Positions 36,792 through 50,100 of a stretch of DNA of 64,000 bases are shown piece by piece. Numbering within the stretch: the stretch's first letter is position 1; each line of letters begins with the position of its first letter. The DNA comes from Heptranchias perlo (Eukaryota), in NCBI RefSeq assembly GCF_035084215.1, contig NC_090326.1:35650001-35714000 (forward strand), written 5' to 3'. The notes beneath the pieces are model-generated. The model did no database searches and was not told where the DNA came from. It was given only the letters and a program-made list of their open reading frames with translations. The position numbers were made by a program, and so were the translations under genes.

Positions 36792-38954
36792 CATGGAAGG
36801 GGAAACCAGTTCTCTGTAGGAGAACGTATTACTGGTGGCTGGTGGAAACTGGGGGCTGCCCGAAAAAAGTTCAGAACAATTTCTTTTTCGTTATGACGGT
36901 ATTTTTACATCAAAACTTTAATTTGTGTATGATAATACAGCTTTGTACAATAAAATGCTTAAGGAGATAAATGAAAACTGTGTGTGATAAGCAATACTTA
37001 AAGGTGTGCATTAATAAAAATCACACCCTTTGGGGTAACTGCAACACTGTATTACAAGCTACCCCTATTTAGATTTGGCTGGCTCTGACTCTGAGTTTGT
37101 GTAAAAGGACAGATCTGTACCTTGTACCAGAATTATGAACCCAAACAATGCAAATGCAGTAGAACAAAGCCTATCCCTGTCCCCACCTGTATCTCACATG
37201 GATTAATCTTTTAAAAAATTCAAAGATTTAGATATGGGTTCAGTGAAGTAGAACCAAAACAAGAGTCCCAATTGAGGTTGGCTCATTTGTTTCTAGGACA
37301 GCAAGCTCAGTTTTCTAACATACACAGGTCTGTACCATCCAGTCAGATAACAAAACATAAAAACAACTTGTAAAAGAAGCACTCTATGATTAAAAATAAT
37401 GGCTGAATTGGAACATTAAATAAACTTGTTTTTCAGTTTTTTAAAACATCTTCTAGCTAGGATTGAATGAGGAATAATATGCTCATTCAAACCGCAGTCT
37501 GCGTTTGTACTTGAAATTAAATGTTACTGATGACAAGATGTGAATTAATAATTATAACTAAATGTGTCCTTTTAACGGTTTTTGAAATGTTAGATATATG
37601 TACAGAGGAGACTTGTCTGTCAATTATTTGTGTTATTTATGGTAATGTATTTTTAGCATGAATATCTGTATATATGCGGAAAAGATATTTATCAAGGTAA
37701 AAAATTCAAGTACTAGAAACTATACAAAGTTTATATTTTATATAATATAATAGATGGGATAGACCAAAACGTACTTGGTTTATTAAAATAAATATTCTTA
37801 TTTAAAATATGCACAAAACAATCGGACTTTAAGATCCTAGTACTGTGAAGAGGGTTAAAGATACTGTATTGTTAGGTAAGCTTACTGTATATGTTTGTCT
37901 GTCTCTGGTTGTTAGACATAGTTTATGCTGCTATTTTGTAATGCTAAATGAATGTGATGCTTTTTGTCTCAGCTTCCTGGTATGTGCAGCTTGTATCATG
38001 CAAATATAGATTATCAAAATATATTCAACTGGTGGGGAATTCAAACTGAATAGACCAGCTTAATTCCCCATAGAAGCTGAGTGGTGGACTGCCTGTTACA
38101 AGACTTTGTTTATTGATTCTGTATACACTGTGGTGTTCTGTTACTTCTTTTACAGTTTGTCCAACTGAGTTTATCAGTTTTCTAATGCTACATGCCTTCA
38201 TTTGCAACCTAAGGAATACCGTTCACTGAAAGGATTACCAAAAATTGTGTTATGTATTTCTTAAGAGGATGCAATAATTGTGTGGAAATCTATCTATTTT
38301 ATTATAAATTTTACAAGTTGTTTGTATCTTTAGAACATTGGTTGTCTTAGGTACAGATGGTTTCAAATCTAACATGTGGCTATAGACAAATTCTAGTAAA
38401 GTGAGCACAATTTCATAGGTTGCCTATTAACACTTATAGGGCAACCATTATACTAAAGTAGCTAAAAGAGAGAACCTGTGATTCAGTAGGCTTTATGTAT
38501 ACTATCTAGAGGTGCACTCTTTAAAAGTGTTGCTGGTGGTGGAATGTGAAATATTCCTTTTTTTGTAATGACTGCATGAAGCATTACTTGGTCATATATT
38601 GCGTGATCGGTGACAATGTTAGAACAATACGTTTTCCTCTGATGAAAATAAAAAGAACTTTTATTTCAATCAAATTGATGTGGTGGTTTTAAAATATTAA
38701 GTCATGGTGATTCCGGCAGCAGACTCATTCCCCTGCATCCCCTATTAAACCTGTCATTCCAGGGATGTTTGTGGGTCACACTCTCAGCCCAAAGTGAGTA
38801 TCTGGCTTTTCAATAATGGATTCCAGCAGGACATCCAAATCCTAATTATTGCAACTAAATCTATCGCTATTTCGGCCAGCCATTTTGAATACTATCAGTT
38901 TCTCTCTCCACATTGCTGAGCTAACTACATTTTCGTCTTTTATACTTGTTAAAA

Positions 38955-39060
38955 AACAACTTGCATTTAAATCGCACCTTTAATGTAGAAAATGTCCCAC
39001 GGTATTTCACAGAGGAAAAAAGTAGGATTAGGAGAGTTGACCAGAAAGTTGGTTGAAGGG
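38955..39060 (-). mobile_element. L2 3' tail (continues at about 40315-40440)
   Basis: ACAACTTGCATTTAAATCGCACCTTTAATGTAG. Confidence 0.65.
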
Positions 39061-39061
39061 A

Positions 39062-40311
39062 TTTTTTTTAAATTTGTTCATGGGATGTGGGCGTCGCTGG
39101 CGAGGCCAGCATTTATTGCCCATCCCTAATTGCCCTGGAGAAGGTGGTGGTGAGCCGCCTTCTTGAACCGCTGCAGTCCGTGTGGTGAAGGTTCTCCCAC
39201 AGTGCTGTTAGGAAGGGAGTTCCAGGATTTTGACCCAGCGATGATGAAGGAACGGCGATATATTTCCAAGTCGGGATGGTGTGTGACTTGGAGGGGAATG
39301 TGCAGGTGGTGTTGATCCCATGTACCTGCTGCTCTTGTCCTTCTAGGTGGTAGAGGTCGCGGGTTTGGGAGGTGCTGTCGAAGAAGCCTTGGCGAGTTGC
39401 TGCAGTGCATCCTGTGGATGGTACACACTGCAGCCACTGTGCGCCGGTGGTGAAGGGAGAGAATGTTTAGGGTGGTGGATGGGGTGCCAATCAAGCGGGC
39501 TGCTTTGTCCTGGATGGTGTCGAGCTTCTTGAGTGTTGTTGGAGCTGCACTCATCCAGGCAAGTGGAGAGTATTCCATCACACTCCTGACTTGTGCCTTG
39601 TAGATGGTGGAAAGGCTTTGGGGAGTCAGGAGGTGAGTCACTCACCGCAGAATACCCAGCCTCTGACCTGCTCTTGTAGCCACAGTATTTATATGGCTGG
39701 TCCAGTAAGTTTCTGGTCAATGGTGACCCCCAGGATGTTGATGGTGGGGGATTCGGCGATGGTAATGCCGTTGAATGTCAAGGGGAGGTGGTTAGACTCT
39801 CTCTTGTTGGAGATGATCATTGCCTGGCACTTGTCTGGTGCGAATGATACTTGCCACTTATCAGCCCAAGCCTGGATGTTGTCCAGGTCTTGCTGCATGC
39901 GGGCTCGTACTGGTTCATTATCTGAGGGGTTGCAAATGGAACTGAACACTGTGCAATCATCAGCAAACATCCCCATTTCTGACCTTACGATGGAGGGAAG
40001 GTCATTGATGAAGCAGCTGAAGATGGTTGGGCCTAAGACACTGCCCTGAGGAACTCCTGCAGCAATGTCCTGGGGCTGAGATGATTGGCCACCAACAACC
40101 ACTACCATCTTCCTCTGTGCTAGGTATGACTTCAACCACTGGAGAGTTTTCCACCTGATTCCCATTGACTTCAATTTTACTAGGGCTCCTTGGTGCCACA
40201 CTCAGTCAAATGCTGCCTTGATGTCAAGGGCAGTCACTCTCACCTCACCTCTGGAATTCAGCTCTTTTGTCCATGTTTGGACCAAGGCTGTAATGAGGTC
40301 TGGAGCCGAGT
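39062..40311 (-). mobile_element. 5'-truncated copy of the Zenon-like LINE
   Basis: Near-identical translation to 2160-3410 ([28 protein letters not shown]) and the same tail. Confidence 0.93.
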
Positions 40312-41612
40312 GGTTCAGAGAAGACTTTTAAGGTGGAAAGGGAGTGGCAGAGGTGGGCAGGGGGGATGTGGGAGGGCAGAGTTGAGAAGAGAATTCCTGT
40401 CAACAGGGTCAAGGCAGTTGATTGAGAAGTGAGAGAAGAGCATTATTAATAGTGTGTTGTGATTCGCATTTTTCTGATGTTCACGTTAGTGGATTTGTAT
40501 TGCATGAAACTGGAGGAGGTAAAATTAGGAGCACCTGGCATTTTGATTGGCAGCTGTTCAACACAACTTTAATGCCATAGAAACAGAGAAAATCTGCACA
40601 TCTCTCAAATGGAGCAGTTCATATATGATAACAAGGTCAGACAAAATCCATGATAATCAGCTGGAAATATAAATCAAGTAAAGAGGGCAGTTATTAACAA
40701 GAGGGGAAAAATATCACCTGTAACTGAAGATCTGAACTCTCAATGGCAACAAACTTGAAAATGAATTTTTTAAAGATCAAGTGAGAATGAAAATTGGCTG
40801 GCAGTATGCTCAAGGCTATAACACACTAAAAGGAGTTCAGAGACTGGTCACAATCTAAGGTTTGTTCTTGTTGGTTACAGCTTCATCAAAACTTCTTGAG
40901 TGTTCTGCAGCCTTGTAACATACTTCAATCTATGTTATGAATATTATACCTAACAATCAGTATGGTTTAAATTCAACACGCTTTAGAAGGAAACATGCAT
41001 AAAAACACTGCTTAAATAATAACACATTTTAAATACACCACTTTCAAACATGATAATGCAGTGTAATCCTAATATATCTGCAGAAACCTGGCTGGGACGA
41101 CCAGCAATTAGTAACACTTGTAATCCCTTCAAAACTATTAGAAAGACTTTCACGGCTCACTCGTGGAGTGAATTGGTGAAGAACACTGGGAAGACAGAAA
41201 ATTATATTCAGAGTACAAATCAACTTCAGAACCGATGATTTATGAAACAATTTCTGACTTTGAGACGAGTCTAAAAGATAAGAAAATGCTGAAAAAAAGT
41301 ATGATCTATAATGCAATATAGAAGTACTGCAGTCACCTTGGTGACAGTCATCATTTTTAATGGTTTGATTGAGTTAAGGGAGTAAATTAATAGAACCATA
41401 TTTACTACACTTTAATCTCATCATAATATATTACATTCTGTTCCAGGCCAGTCAATCTGCACCTTTTTCAGTTTTCTCTCTTCAACAATACTACTTAAAC
41501 AGAATGTAGCACAACCATCTCCAAGATCATTAAACTAGCAGACTGCTCATATAACAGACACAGTTCATGTTCCAACTAAACTGACGCTATGTAATGTAAA
41601 TGTACACACATT

Positions 41613-42395
41613 GGGGGTGATTTTAAAAACGGAGCCGGGAAAGGGGCGGGGGTTCAATTTGAGGTTGGGAAACCCATTAGTACGGGTTTTCTGGATGTCC
41701 TTATGATTTTGATGTAAGGACGTCTTTTATTTTTTTTTTGTCGGTTCCCCATCCGACTGACCGGCTGATTGACAGGCTAGTCTCAGTCGGATGGGAGACG
41801 AGCCAGGGAGAGGACATCTTCAGGTAAATCTGCAGGCAAATCTTTGTTTGCATGGATGGGGGGGGGGCATGGGTGGGCAAAGGGGCATGGATGGGCAAAG
41901 GGCACAGGTGGGCATGGGGTTCATGAGTCACGATGGATGGGATCGGGGGTCAGTCACGGAGGGGGCGGGATCGGAGGTCATCGCGGGGGTCCGCGATCGT
42001 TGAGGGGGAGGATCGGGGTCAGAGGGGGAGGATTGGGGGAGGAGGATCGGGGTCAGAGGGGGAGGATCAGGGTCTGGGGTCGGAGGTGGAGGGTCAGGGG
42101 TTGGGGGTCTGCAATCGGGGGAGGGGGGGGAAGGGTGGATGCAGGTAGGCTTGTTGGGTCTGGGGGAAGCACTCCTCCTGCTCCTCCGGGCCCACAAGCT
42201 GTGCCTTTCTAGGCATCTACATGTTAGTCTCGGGCCTTCTTGCCTCCTTTCACGAGGCGTAAAACAGAAGGCCCGGGAATCCCGCCCCCCCCCCGGGTTG
42301 AAATCGGGAATTAGTGAAAAATGGAGGTCCGATGTCTCCTTGAAAGGTTTTAAGGCCCGACCCACCTCCTGTTTCTTACTTTTAAAATCGAGACC
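41613..42395. mobile_element. Non-autonomous Harbinger element
   Basis: TIRs GGGGGTGATTTTAAAA and TTTTAAAATCGAGACC; TSD ATT at 41610-41612 and 42396-42398; internal GATCGGGG-rich tract. Confidence 0.8.
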
Positions 42396-44119
42396 ATTGA
42401 CTGTCAAACCTCAAAGTTTTCTGTTTTGTTGGGATGTTGGAGGGTACAGTCTCAATGAGCCAAGTGTACTTCACCACATATTTTTAAGTTCTTATCTCTG
42501 CCCTTCCCATCCCGCCCCCCTCCCCCCACCTCCAAACGGCTGGCTGTTGCTGAGATATGGTGATAAGGATCACACGTTCCCTCAACCTTAGCCATTTTTC
42601 ATATATCCTTGGACAGTGAGTGCTCTCAGGTTAGGAGGGGCCACTGTTAGCAAATTTAATTCTATTCTCACTGGCTGATTGTTCTCCCCCTCCTTAGTCC
42701 ATGAAAGTAAGGCCAATTGCAGCATCATTAATGCTACCCTGGTTGAGATCAGCTAACTTTGGCACTCAGTCTCCCTTCCTTTATGGCTCCATTATTAAGC
42801 ACCCTGCCCATTATGGAGCTGAACCATATAGACAAGGAAAGTCTCAGGTTCAATTCATGATCTGTACTGAGTTAGCTGATCCCACCCATGGCAACAAATA
42901 GCTTTAGTGCCTCTAGGCTAGACAGGGGATAAAAAAAAACCTCAAGGTACCCTCTGGATCCTATTTAGTAACCCATGTTGGAAAATATGCACAGGATGAT
43001 ATTGAGTAACGATAGAATTGGGTTCTGCTGCGATGCTCCCCACAGTTAAAGAATCCATTGACATTTACTAACACTATACACAAAATAACTTTAATTTGTT
43101 TGTGGATTGTAACTGAAATACAATCTTTATTGGGGTGCTGGATGCCAAACTCTTGTACAGTATTTATTTAATATGGCGTTTGGTATTTAACCTTGAATTG
43201 GATGTTTTATTCTATTTTAAATTGGCATAAATCTGCAGGATAATGTCTAAAAAAGGAATCTGCTTGCTATGTATAGCTGCAAGCAACCTCACATCTGAGG
43301 GTTTACAAGTGACCTAGTTTTAATATTTGGGTCTTGCATTTGAAATTGTGTGCTCTAAATTAATTGCTTTCTGTTCTACAGCTTCGAGTTTTCAGTTCAG
43401 CCCAGTTCACAATGCAATAATTTTACTGCAGTGAAAAAGGAAATGGATAGCAGTGATTTTGCCTGATATATTATTCCACTAAATTCCATTAAGGCATTTT
43501 TCTTTTTACCAAACTAACTTTTTAACATGGCAAATGTTCTATGGACTGGGATGTAATGTACTCTCTTTCGATTTATCCTCATTCATGTTACTGCGCATAT
43601 TCTATGTTATGCTGTCAGGTTACTGAGTTTCAGACTTCTTTCAATATAAATACAACAAACTTTCTGACTTGTATGGATCTGGGAGGATGCTTTCAGTTCC
43701 ACCCAGACTCCACTTCCTTTTTCAACAATGAGAAATTTCAACTGGGGCAAGGAGGGAGGACATGGGGCCCTCCTATGCTGATGTCAGATGAGGAGGTAGA
43801 ACTGGCAGGATAATATCACCCATGAGAAATCTGTCCAGTTCCACTTCACTTGCACCCCATACAAAGTACACCTGGATATTTCAGGCATACGTGCATGCCA
43901 GGATGAAATCCTGGTAGAAGTGAGGCTCACAATGCCGATTTCCTAATGGCAGAGTGATCGATTGCCGTTAGGAAAGTGGCAAAATAGATTCTTTATTTAG
44001 AAAAATGCTTTGGCCAGCATGACCTACATCCCTCAAAAAAAGGGCCTTCCAAAACTCTGTTTAATTCTTGGACTCCCTCAGGGCACATGCGCAGGAACTG
44101 CCATAACTGGCATGGGTGC

Positions 44120-44760
44120 TGACATAGAAACAGGCGTAGGTCATTCAGCCCCTCACGCCTGTTCCTCTTTTCAATCAAATGGCTGATAAAAACCTCAGCT
44201 CCATTTGCCCACCTTTTCTCCATATCCCTTGATACCCTTATCTAACAAGAATCTATCAATCTCAGTTTTGAAAGTTCCGATTGACTCAGCATCCACAATC
44301 TTTGGAGAGATAGTTCCAGATTTCCACTACCCTTTGTGTGAAAAAGTGCTTCCTGATTTCACTCCTAACTGGCCTAACTCTAATTTTAAGATCATGGGGG
44401 TTTATTCCATGCCTTCAACCAATTATTAAAACCAATGATCTCGCCTTTCCTTTCTGACAACCTCCAAAGACCAGTTCCCTTTTAAAGGACTGCACCCACT
44501 CCATACTCACACCACACGTTGCAGAAGTTTGTTCCAGACAGCATTGATTCTCTGTGAAAAGAAATACCTCCTGACATCTAAACAAATTCTTTGGCAATGG
44601 ATTTTATATGTATGACCTCTAGTCCTACCATTGCTATCCATTTCAAATATCATATCTAACTGGGCGACATCCTATTCTTCACCATTCAATAATATCCATT
44701 CTGCATTTCTCCAAAGGAAATAACCCTTAACCTTGGAGCCTATGCTCACTATTAAGATTT
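44120..44760 (-). mobile_element. CR1 3' fragments
   Basis: CATAGAAACAGGCGTAGG tail and TTCCAGATTTCCACTACCCTTTGTGTGAAAAA. Confidence 0.7.
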
Positions 44761-44795
44761 GGTCGGCCTACTCTGCGGCCTATTCTAGAGCCTTG

Positions 44796-45510
44796 GAGCT
44801 CAATTTTAGTCCCCAAGATCGGGTGGGTTGGGGCGGGGGCGGGGGCAGACAAAATTGATGTTTTTGGGAGCACACAGACATCCCGGCTAGAACCCGCCCA
44901 TTTTTGCATTAGACTCAGGCAAATCTGTGTGCTTGCGCACAGCAGTCACCAAGAAGTCCCGCCCCCACTTAAATCCAGCAGGCTGATACTTAAAGGGACA
45001 ATGTACCCATTGAGGTACTTAAGGTACTTTATATTTTGTGTATTGGACTCTTAAAATGATTTTAACCTTACCTGGGTGGCTTTCCCATCGCTTCCGATTT
45101 ACGACTGGTGGTGAAAGCAGGTGGGAAGGGCCGAATCAATGAAAAATACACTAAATAAATCAATAAAATGACATTTTCTATTGTAAAAAAAGTTAACAAA
45201 CATACCTTAAAACTGATGCGCCTGGCACCCCCCCCCCCCCACCAATCTCCGATGTCTCCTGGGCGCCCCCCACCCCTCCGATCTCCGATGTGGCCACCCC
45301 CCCCCATCTCTCTCCCAACGGCCAATGAGGTCTCTCTCTCTCTCTCTCTCTCTTTCTCTCCCCCCACCTCGCCTTCTCAGATGTGTAGCTCCTCTCTGCT
45401 GACAAGCAGCCAACCTGTAAATCAGGCTGGCTGCTGGACACAAAATCTGGAAGAGTCATTGGTTGGCCTCATTATCCGCCTACTTCCCTTCCGGATTTTG
45501 CACCTGAGTT
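44796..45510. mobile_element. Truncated non-autonomous Harbinger element
   Basis: Begins GAGCTCAATTTT; reverse-strand similarity to 50540-50924 (GGTACTTAAGGTACTTTA, CCTTACCTGGG). Confidence 0.6.
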
Positions 45511-46320
45511 TCTTTCCTGATCTGTTTCTTTTAATGGTCACCCTTGTATGGTGTAAACATGACTACAGTTTCCTAGCCACATGTGCATGACATTGGACTT
45601 GTCCGCATTAATAACACCTGCCACGCTTGGGCCCAGCCAATATATGAAAGTCATCCTGTACCGACCGTAACGATTTATTCACATTTTTGTATCATCACTG
45701 AATGAGAATGCTAGATCAAAAATGAAAATGATCAGTAGCAGACACACCACATAACCCTGAGGAACTCCACTCATAACCAACCCCAGTCAGATCCACTCCC
45801 ATGGATAGTAACCCTCTTTTACAACCAGCTACCTATCCATTGTGCCAACTGTCCTTTAATCCCATGAGATCTAATTTCCTTGACCTTCAACATTGATTTA
45901 AAACAAATCAATTTTTCCCCACTATTGTGGTTATTATTGCCCAACAGTATACTCCGACTTATTCAAGAACCACATTCTTCCTGAAAAATTTACCTTCCCC
46001 AGAAAATGCTTTCCAGCTATCTACAATTGCAAGCTTTTCTTTTTCATCCAATGCCTTCAACCAATTATTAAAACTAATGATCTGACCTTTCCTTTCCGAC
46101 AACCTCCAAAGAGCAGCAACAGTCCAGAGATCACTAATTCAGCACCTTATCCTTAAACTGACTTTCTAATCTGTGGTAACTGTCTTTTCTAATCATTATA
46201 TAATTCCTACTTTTATCAAATCTTCTACCCTTCTACCTGTGTCGTTAACATTAGCCTCAGGAAAACACATAAGACTTCCCTTTGCCCATATCACTATCGG
46301 CATATCTTATGATGAAATTT
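45510..46320 (-). mobile_element. Highly degraded CR1-like fragment
   Basis: ACATTTTTGTATCATCACTGAA, ACCCTGAGGAACTCCACT and CCTTTAATCCCATGAG correspond to RT-region motifs on the minus strand. Confidence 0.5.
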
Positions 46321-46328
46321 CCAACTAG

Positions 46329-47100
46329 CATCAACTTACATTTATGTGGCACCTTTAACATATAAACAACCCAATGCACTTTACAGAATAGTAGGAAGAG
46401 GAATAGAAACTGAGCCAGGAGAGAGAATTTAGGAGGGGTGTTTGAAAAATTGGCGGAAAATATGAATTTTGGGAAGGGTTTTAAAGGAGATAGTCAGAGG
46501 TGTAGGGGTCTTGGAGGGAGTTTCAGAGAGCAGGATACAGGCAGCTAAAAGCACTTCCACCAATGGTAGGATAGAGGGAGCATGGGTTGCACAGGAGGCC
46601 AGAGTCAGAAGACCGAAGGATGTGGAGGAGGTGAGGGAAAGATGGGAAAGAATAAGTCTGGGGGAGGTTCCGGAGGTATGGTGGAGTGATAGCGTAGGGG
46701 AGCTTGAAAATGTGGAGGATTTTAAGTTTAATTCTTTGGGTAACAGAGACAGTGTAAATTCGCAAGGATGGGAGTAATGGACAATTTGGAGTTATGCAAC
46801 ATGGATGAAAGAAGACTAGCAAGGAGAGCATTGAAAAAAAAAAATCGAGCCTGGAGGTGACAAAAGCACAGATAAGGGTTTCAGCAGAAGAGGGGCTATA
46901 GTGGGATGGAGGCAGGTATTGTTGCAAAGGTGGAAATAAGTGGTATTGGTGATGGTGACATTATGGAGTTTGATGCTCAGCTCAGGGTTGGACAGAACAG
47001 CAAGGTTGCACAGGGTTTTGCTGAACCTGAGTGAGAGGGCAGGGAGGGGGATGGAGTCAGTATCAAGGGAGTGGAGTTTATGGCAAGCACTGAAAGCCAT
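46329..47100 (-). mobile_element. L2 LINE fragment (resumes at 50928 after the Harbinger insertion)
   Basis: AETLICAFVTSRLD; ...GAAAGCCAT|AGCTTCAGTCTCC matches L2 AAGACAATGGCTTCGGTCTTCCC. Confidence 0.8.
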
Positions 47101-50100
47101 GGGCTCAATTTTAAAAGGGTGGTGTGTTGGCAACGATGTGGGGGGTTGGGGGAAGGTGTGTGAAGGTGCGCATGTCAAACCTGAATTAAAAAAAACTTAC
47201 CTTTTCCGATGCGATCGCAAATTAATTGATGGTGATTAAACTTGTTTCCCGGTTTTGCACCCGGCAGCCCCTGATTGACAGGCTGGCTGCCAATAGGAGC
47301 TGCTACGCCAACGCGCGGGGGGGTGGGGGGTGGGGGGAAGAGAAAGAGAGAGAGCGAGATGTCATCCAGAAGATCAGGGGGGGGGGGGGGCGGGTGACAG
47401 TGGAAGATCGGGGGGGGGGAAGAGGGGAAGATCGGGGGGGGGAAGAAGGGGAGATCGGAGAGGGAGACATCGGGGGCTGAGAGCGACATCGGAGCGGGAG
47501 ACATCGGGGGCAGAGAGGGGCATCGGAGAGGGAGACATCGGGGGCAGAGAGGGGCATCGGAGAGGGAGACAACGGGGGCAGAGAGGGGCATCGGAGAGGG
47601 AGACATCGGGGGCAGAGAGGGGCATCGGAGAGGGAGACACCGGGGGCAGAGAGGGGCATCGGAGAGGGAGACACCGGGGGCAGAGAGGGGCATCGGAGAG
47701 GGAGACACCGGGGGCAGAGAGGGGCATCGGAGAGGGAGACACCGGGGGCAGAGAGGGGCATCGGAGAGGGAGACACCGGGGGCAGAGAGGGGCATCGGAG
47801 AGGGAGACATCGGGGGCAGAGAGGGGCATCGGAGAGGGAGACATCGGGGGCAGAGAGGGGCATCGGAGAGGGAGACATCGGGGGCAGAGAGGGGCATCGG
47901 AGAGGGAGACATCGGGGGCAGAGAGGGGCATCGGAGAGGGAGACATCGGGGGCAGAGAGGGGCATCGGAGAGGGAGACATCGGGGGCAGAGAGGGGCATC
48001 GGAGAGGGAGACATCGGGGGCAGAGAGGGGCATCGGAGAGGGAGACATCGGGGGCAGAGAGGGGCATCGGAGAGGGAGACATCGGGGGCAGAGAGGGGCA
48101 TCGGAGAGGGAGACATCGGGGGCAGAGAGGGGCATCGGGGAGGGAGACATCGGGGGCAGAGAGGGGCATCGGAGAAGGAGACATCGGGGGCAGAGAGGGG
48201 CATCGGAGAGGGAGACATCGGGGGCAGAGAGGGGCATCGGAGAGGGACACATCGGGGGCAGAGAGGGGCATCGGAGAGGGAGACATCGGGGGCAGAGAGG
48301 GGCATCGGAGAGGGAGACATCGGGGGCAGAGAGGGGCATCGGAGAGGGAGACATCGGGGGCAGAGAGGGGCATCGGAGAGGGAGACATCGGGGGCAGAGA
48401 GGGGCATCGGAGAGGGAGACATCGGGGGCAGAGAGGGGCATCGGAGAGGGAGACATCGGGGGCAGAGAGGGGCATCGGAGAGGGACACATCGGGGGCAGA
48501 GAGGGGCATCGGAGAGGGACACATCGGGGGCAGAGAGGGGCATCGGAGAGAGACACATCGGGGGCAGAGAGGGGCATCGGAGAGGGACACATCGGGGGCA
48601 GAGAGGGGCATCGGAGAGGGACACATCGGGGGCAGAGAGGGGCATCGGAGAGGGACACATCGGGGGCAGAGAGGGGCATCGGAGAGGGACACATCGGGGG
48701 CAGAGAGGGGCATCGGAGAGGGACACATCGGGGGCAGAGAGGGGCATCGGAGAGGGACACATCGGGGGCAGAGAGGGGCATCGGAGAGGGACACATCGGG
48801 GGCAGAGAGGGGCATCGGAGAGGGAGACATCGGGGGCAGAGAGGGGCATCGGAGAGGGAGACATCGGGGGCAGAGAGGGGCATCGGAGAGGGAGACATCA
48901 GGGGCAGAGAGGGGCATCGGAGAGGGAGACATCGGGGGCAGAGAGGGGCATCGGAGAGGGAGACATCGGGGGCAGAGAGGGGCATCGGAGAGGGAGACAT
49001 CGGGGGCAGAGAGGGGCATCGGAGAGGGAGACATCGGGGGCAGAGAGGGGCATCGGAGAGGGAGACATCGGGGGCAGAGAGGGGCATCGGAGAGGGAGAC
49101 ATCGGGGGCAGAGAGGGGCATCGGAGAGGGAGACATCGGGGGCAGAGAGGGGCATCGGAGAGGGAGACATCGGGGGCAGAGAGGGGCATCGGAGAGGGAG
49201 ACATCGGGGGCAGAGAGGGGCATCGGAGAGGGAGACATCGGGGGCAGAGAGGGGCATCGGAGAGGGAGACATCGGGGGCAGAGATGGGCATCGGAGAGGG
49301 AGACATCGGGGGCAGAGAGGGGCATCGGAGAGGGAGACATCGGGGGCAGAGAGGGGCATCGGAGAGGGAGACATCGGGGGCAGAGAGGGGCATCGGAGAG
49401 GGAGACATCGGGGGAAGAGAGGGGCATCGGAGAGGGAGACATCGGGGGAAGAGAGGGGCATCGGAGAGGGAGACATCGGGGGCAGAGAGGGGCATCGGAG
49501 AGGGAGACATCGGGGGCAGAGAGGGGCATCGGAGAGGGAGACATCGGGGGCAGAGAGGGGCATCGGAGAGGGACACATCGGGGGCAGAGAGGGGCATCGG
49601 AGAGGGACACATCGGGGGCAGAGAGGGGCATCGGAGAGGGACACATCGGGGGCAGAGAGGGGCATCGGAGAGGGAGACATCGGGGGCAGAGAGGGGCATC
49701 GGAGAGGGACACATCGGGGGCAGAGAGGGGCATCGGAGAGGGAGACATCGGGGGCAGAGAGGGGCATCGGAGAGGGAGACATCGGGGGCAGAGAGGGGCA
49801 TCGGAGAGGGAGACATCGGGGGCAGAGAGGGGCATCGGAGAGGGAGACATCGGGGGCAGAGAGGGGCATCGGAGAGGGAGACATCGGGGGCAGAGAGGGG
49901 CATCGGAGAGGGACACATCGGGGGCAGAGAGGGGCATCGGAGAGGGACACATCGGGGGCAGAGAGGGGCATCGGAGAGGGACACATCGGGGGCAGAGAGG
50001 GGCATCGGAGAGGGACACATCGGGGGCAGAGAGCGGCATCGGAGAGGGACACATCGGGGGCAGAGAGGGGCATCGGAGAGGGACACATCGGGGGCAGAGA

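Larger units (their letters stand above)
33420..38675 (+). other. GFOD1: Possible long 3' UTR of GFOD1
   Basis: AT-rich and LINE-poor sequence after the stop. AATAAA at 33532, about 36949, about 37013 and 38647. The true end cannot be fixed from sequence. Confidence 0.4.
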
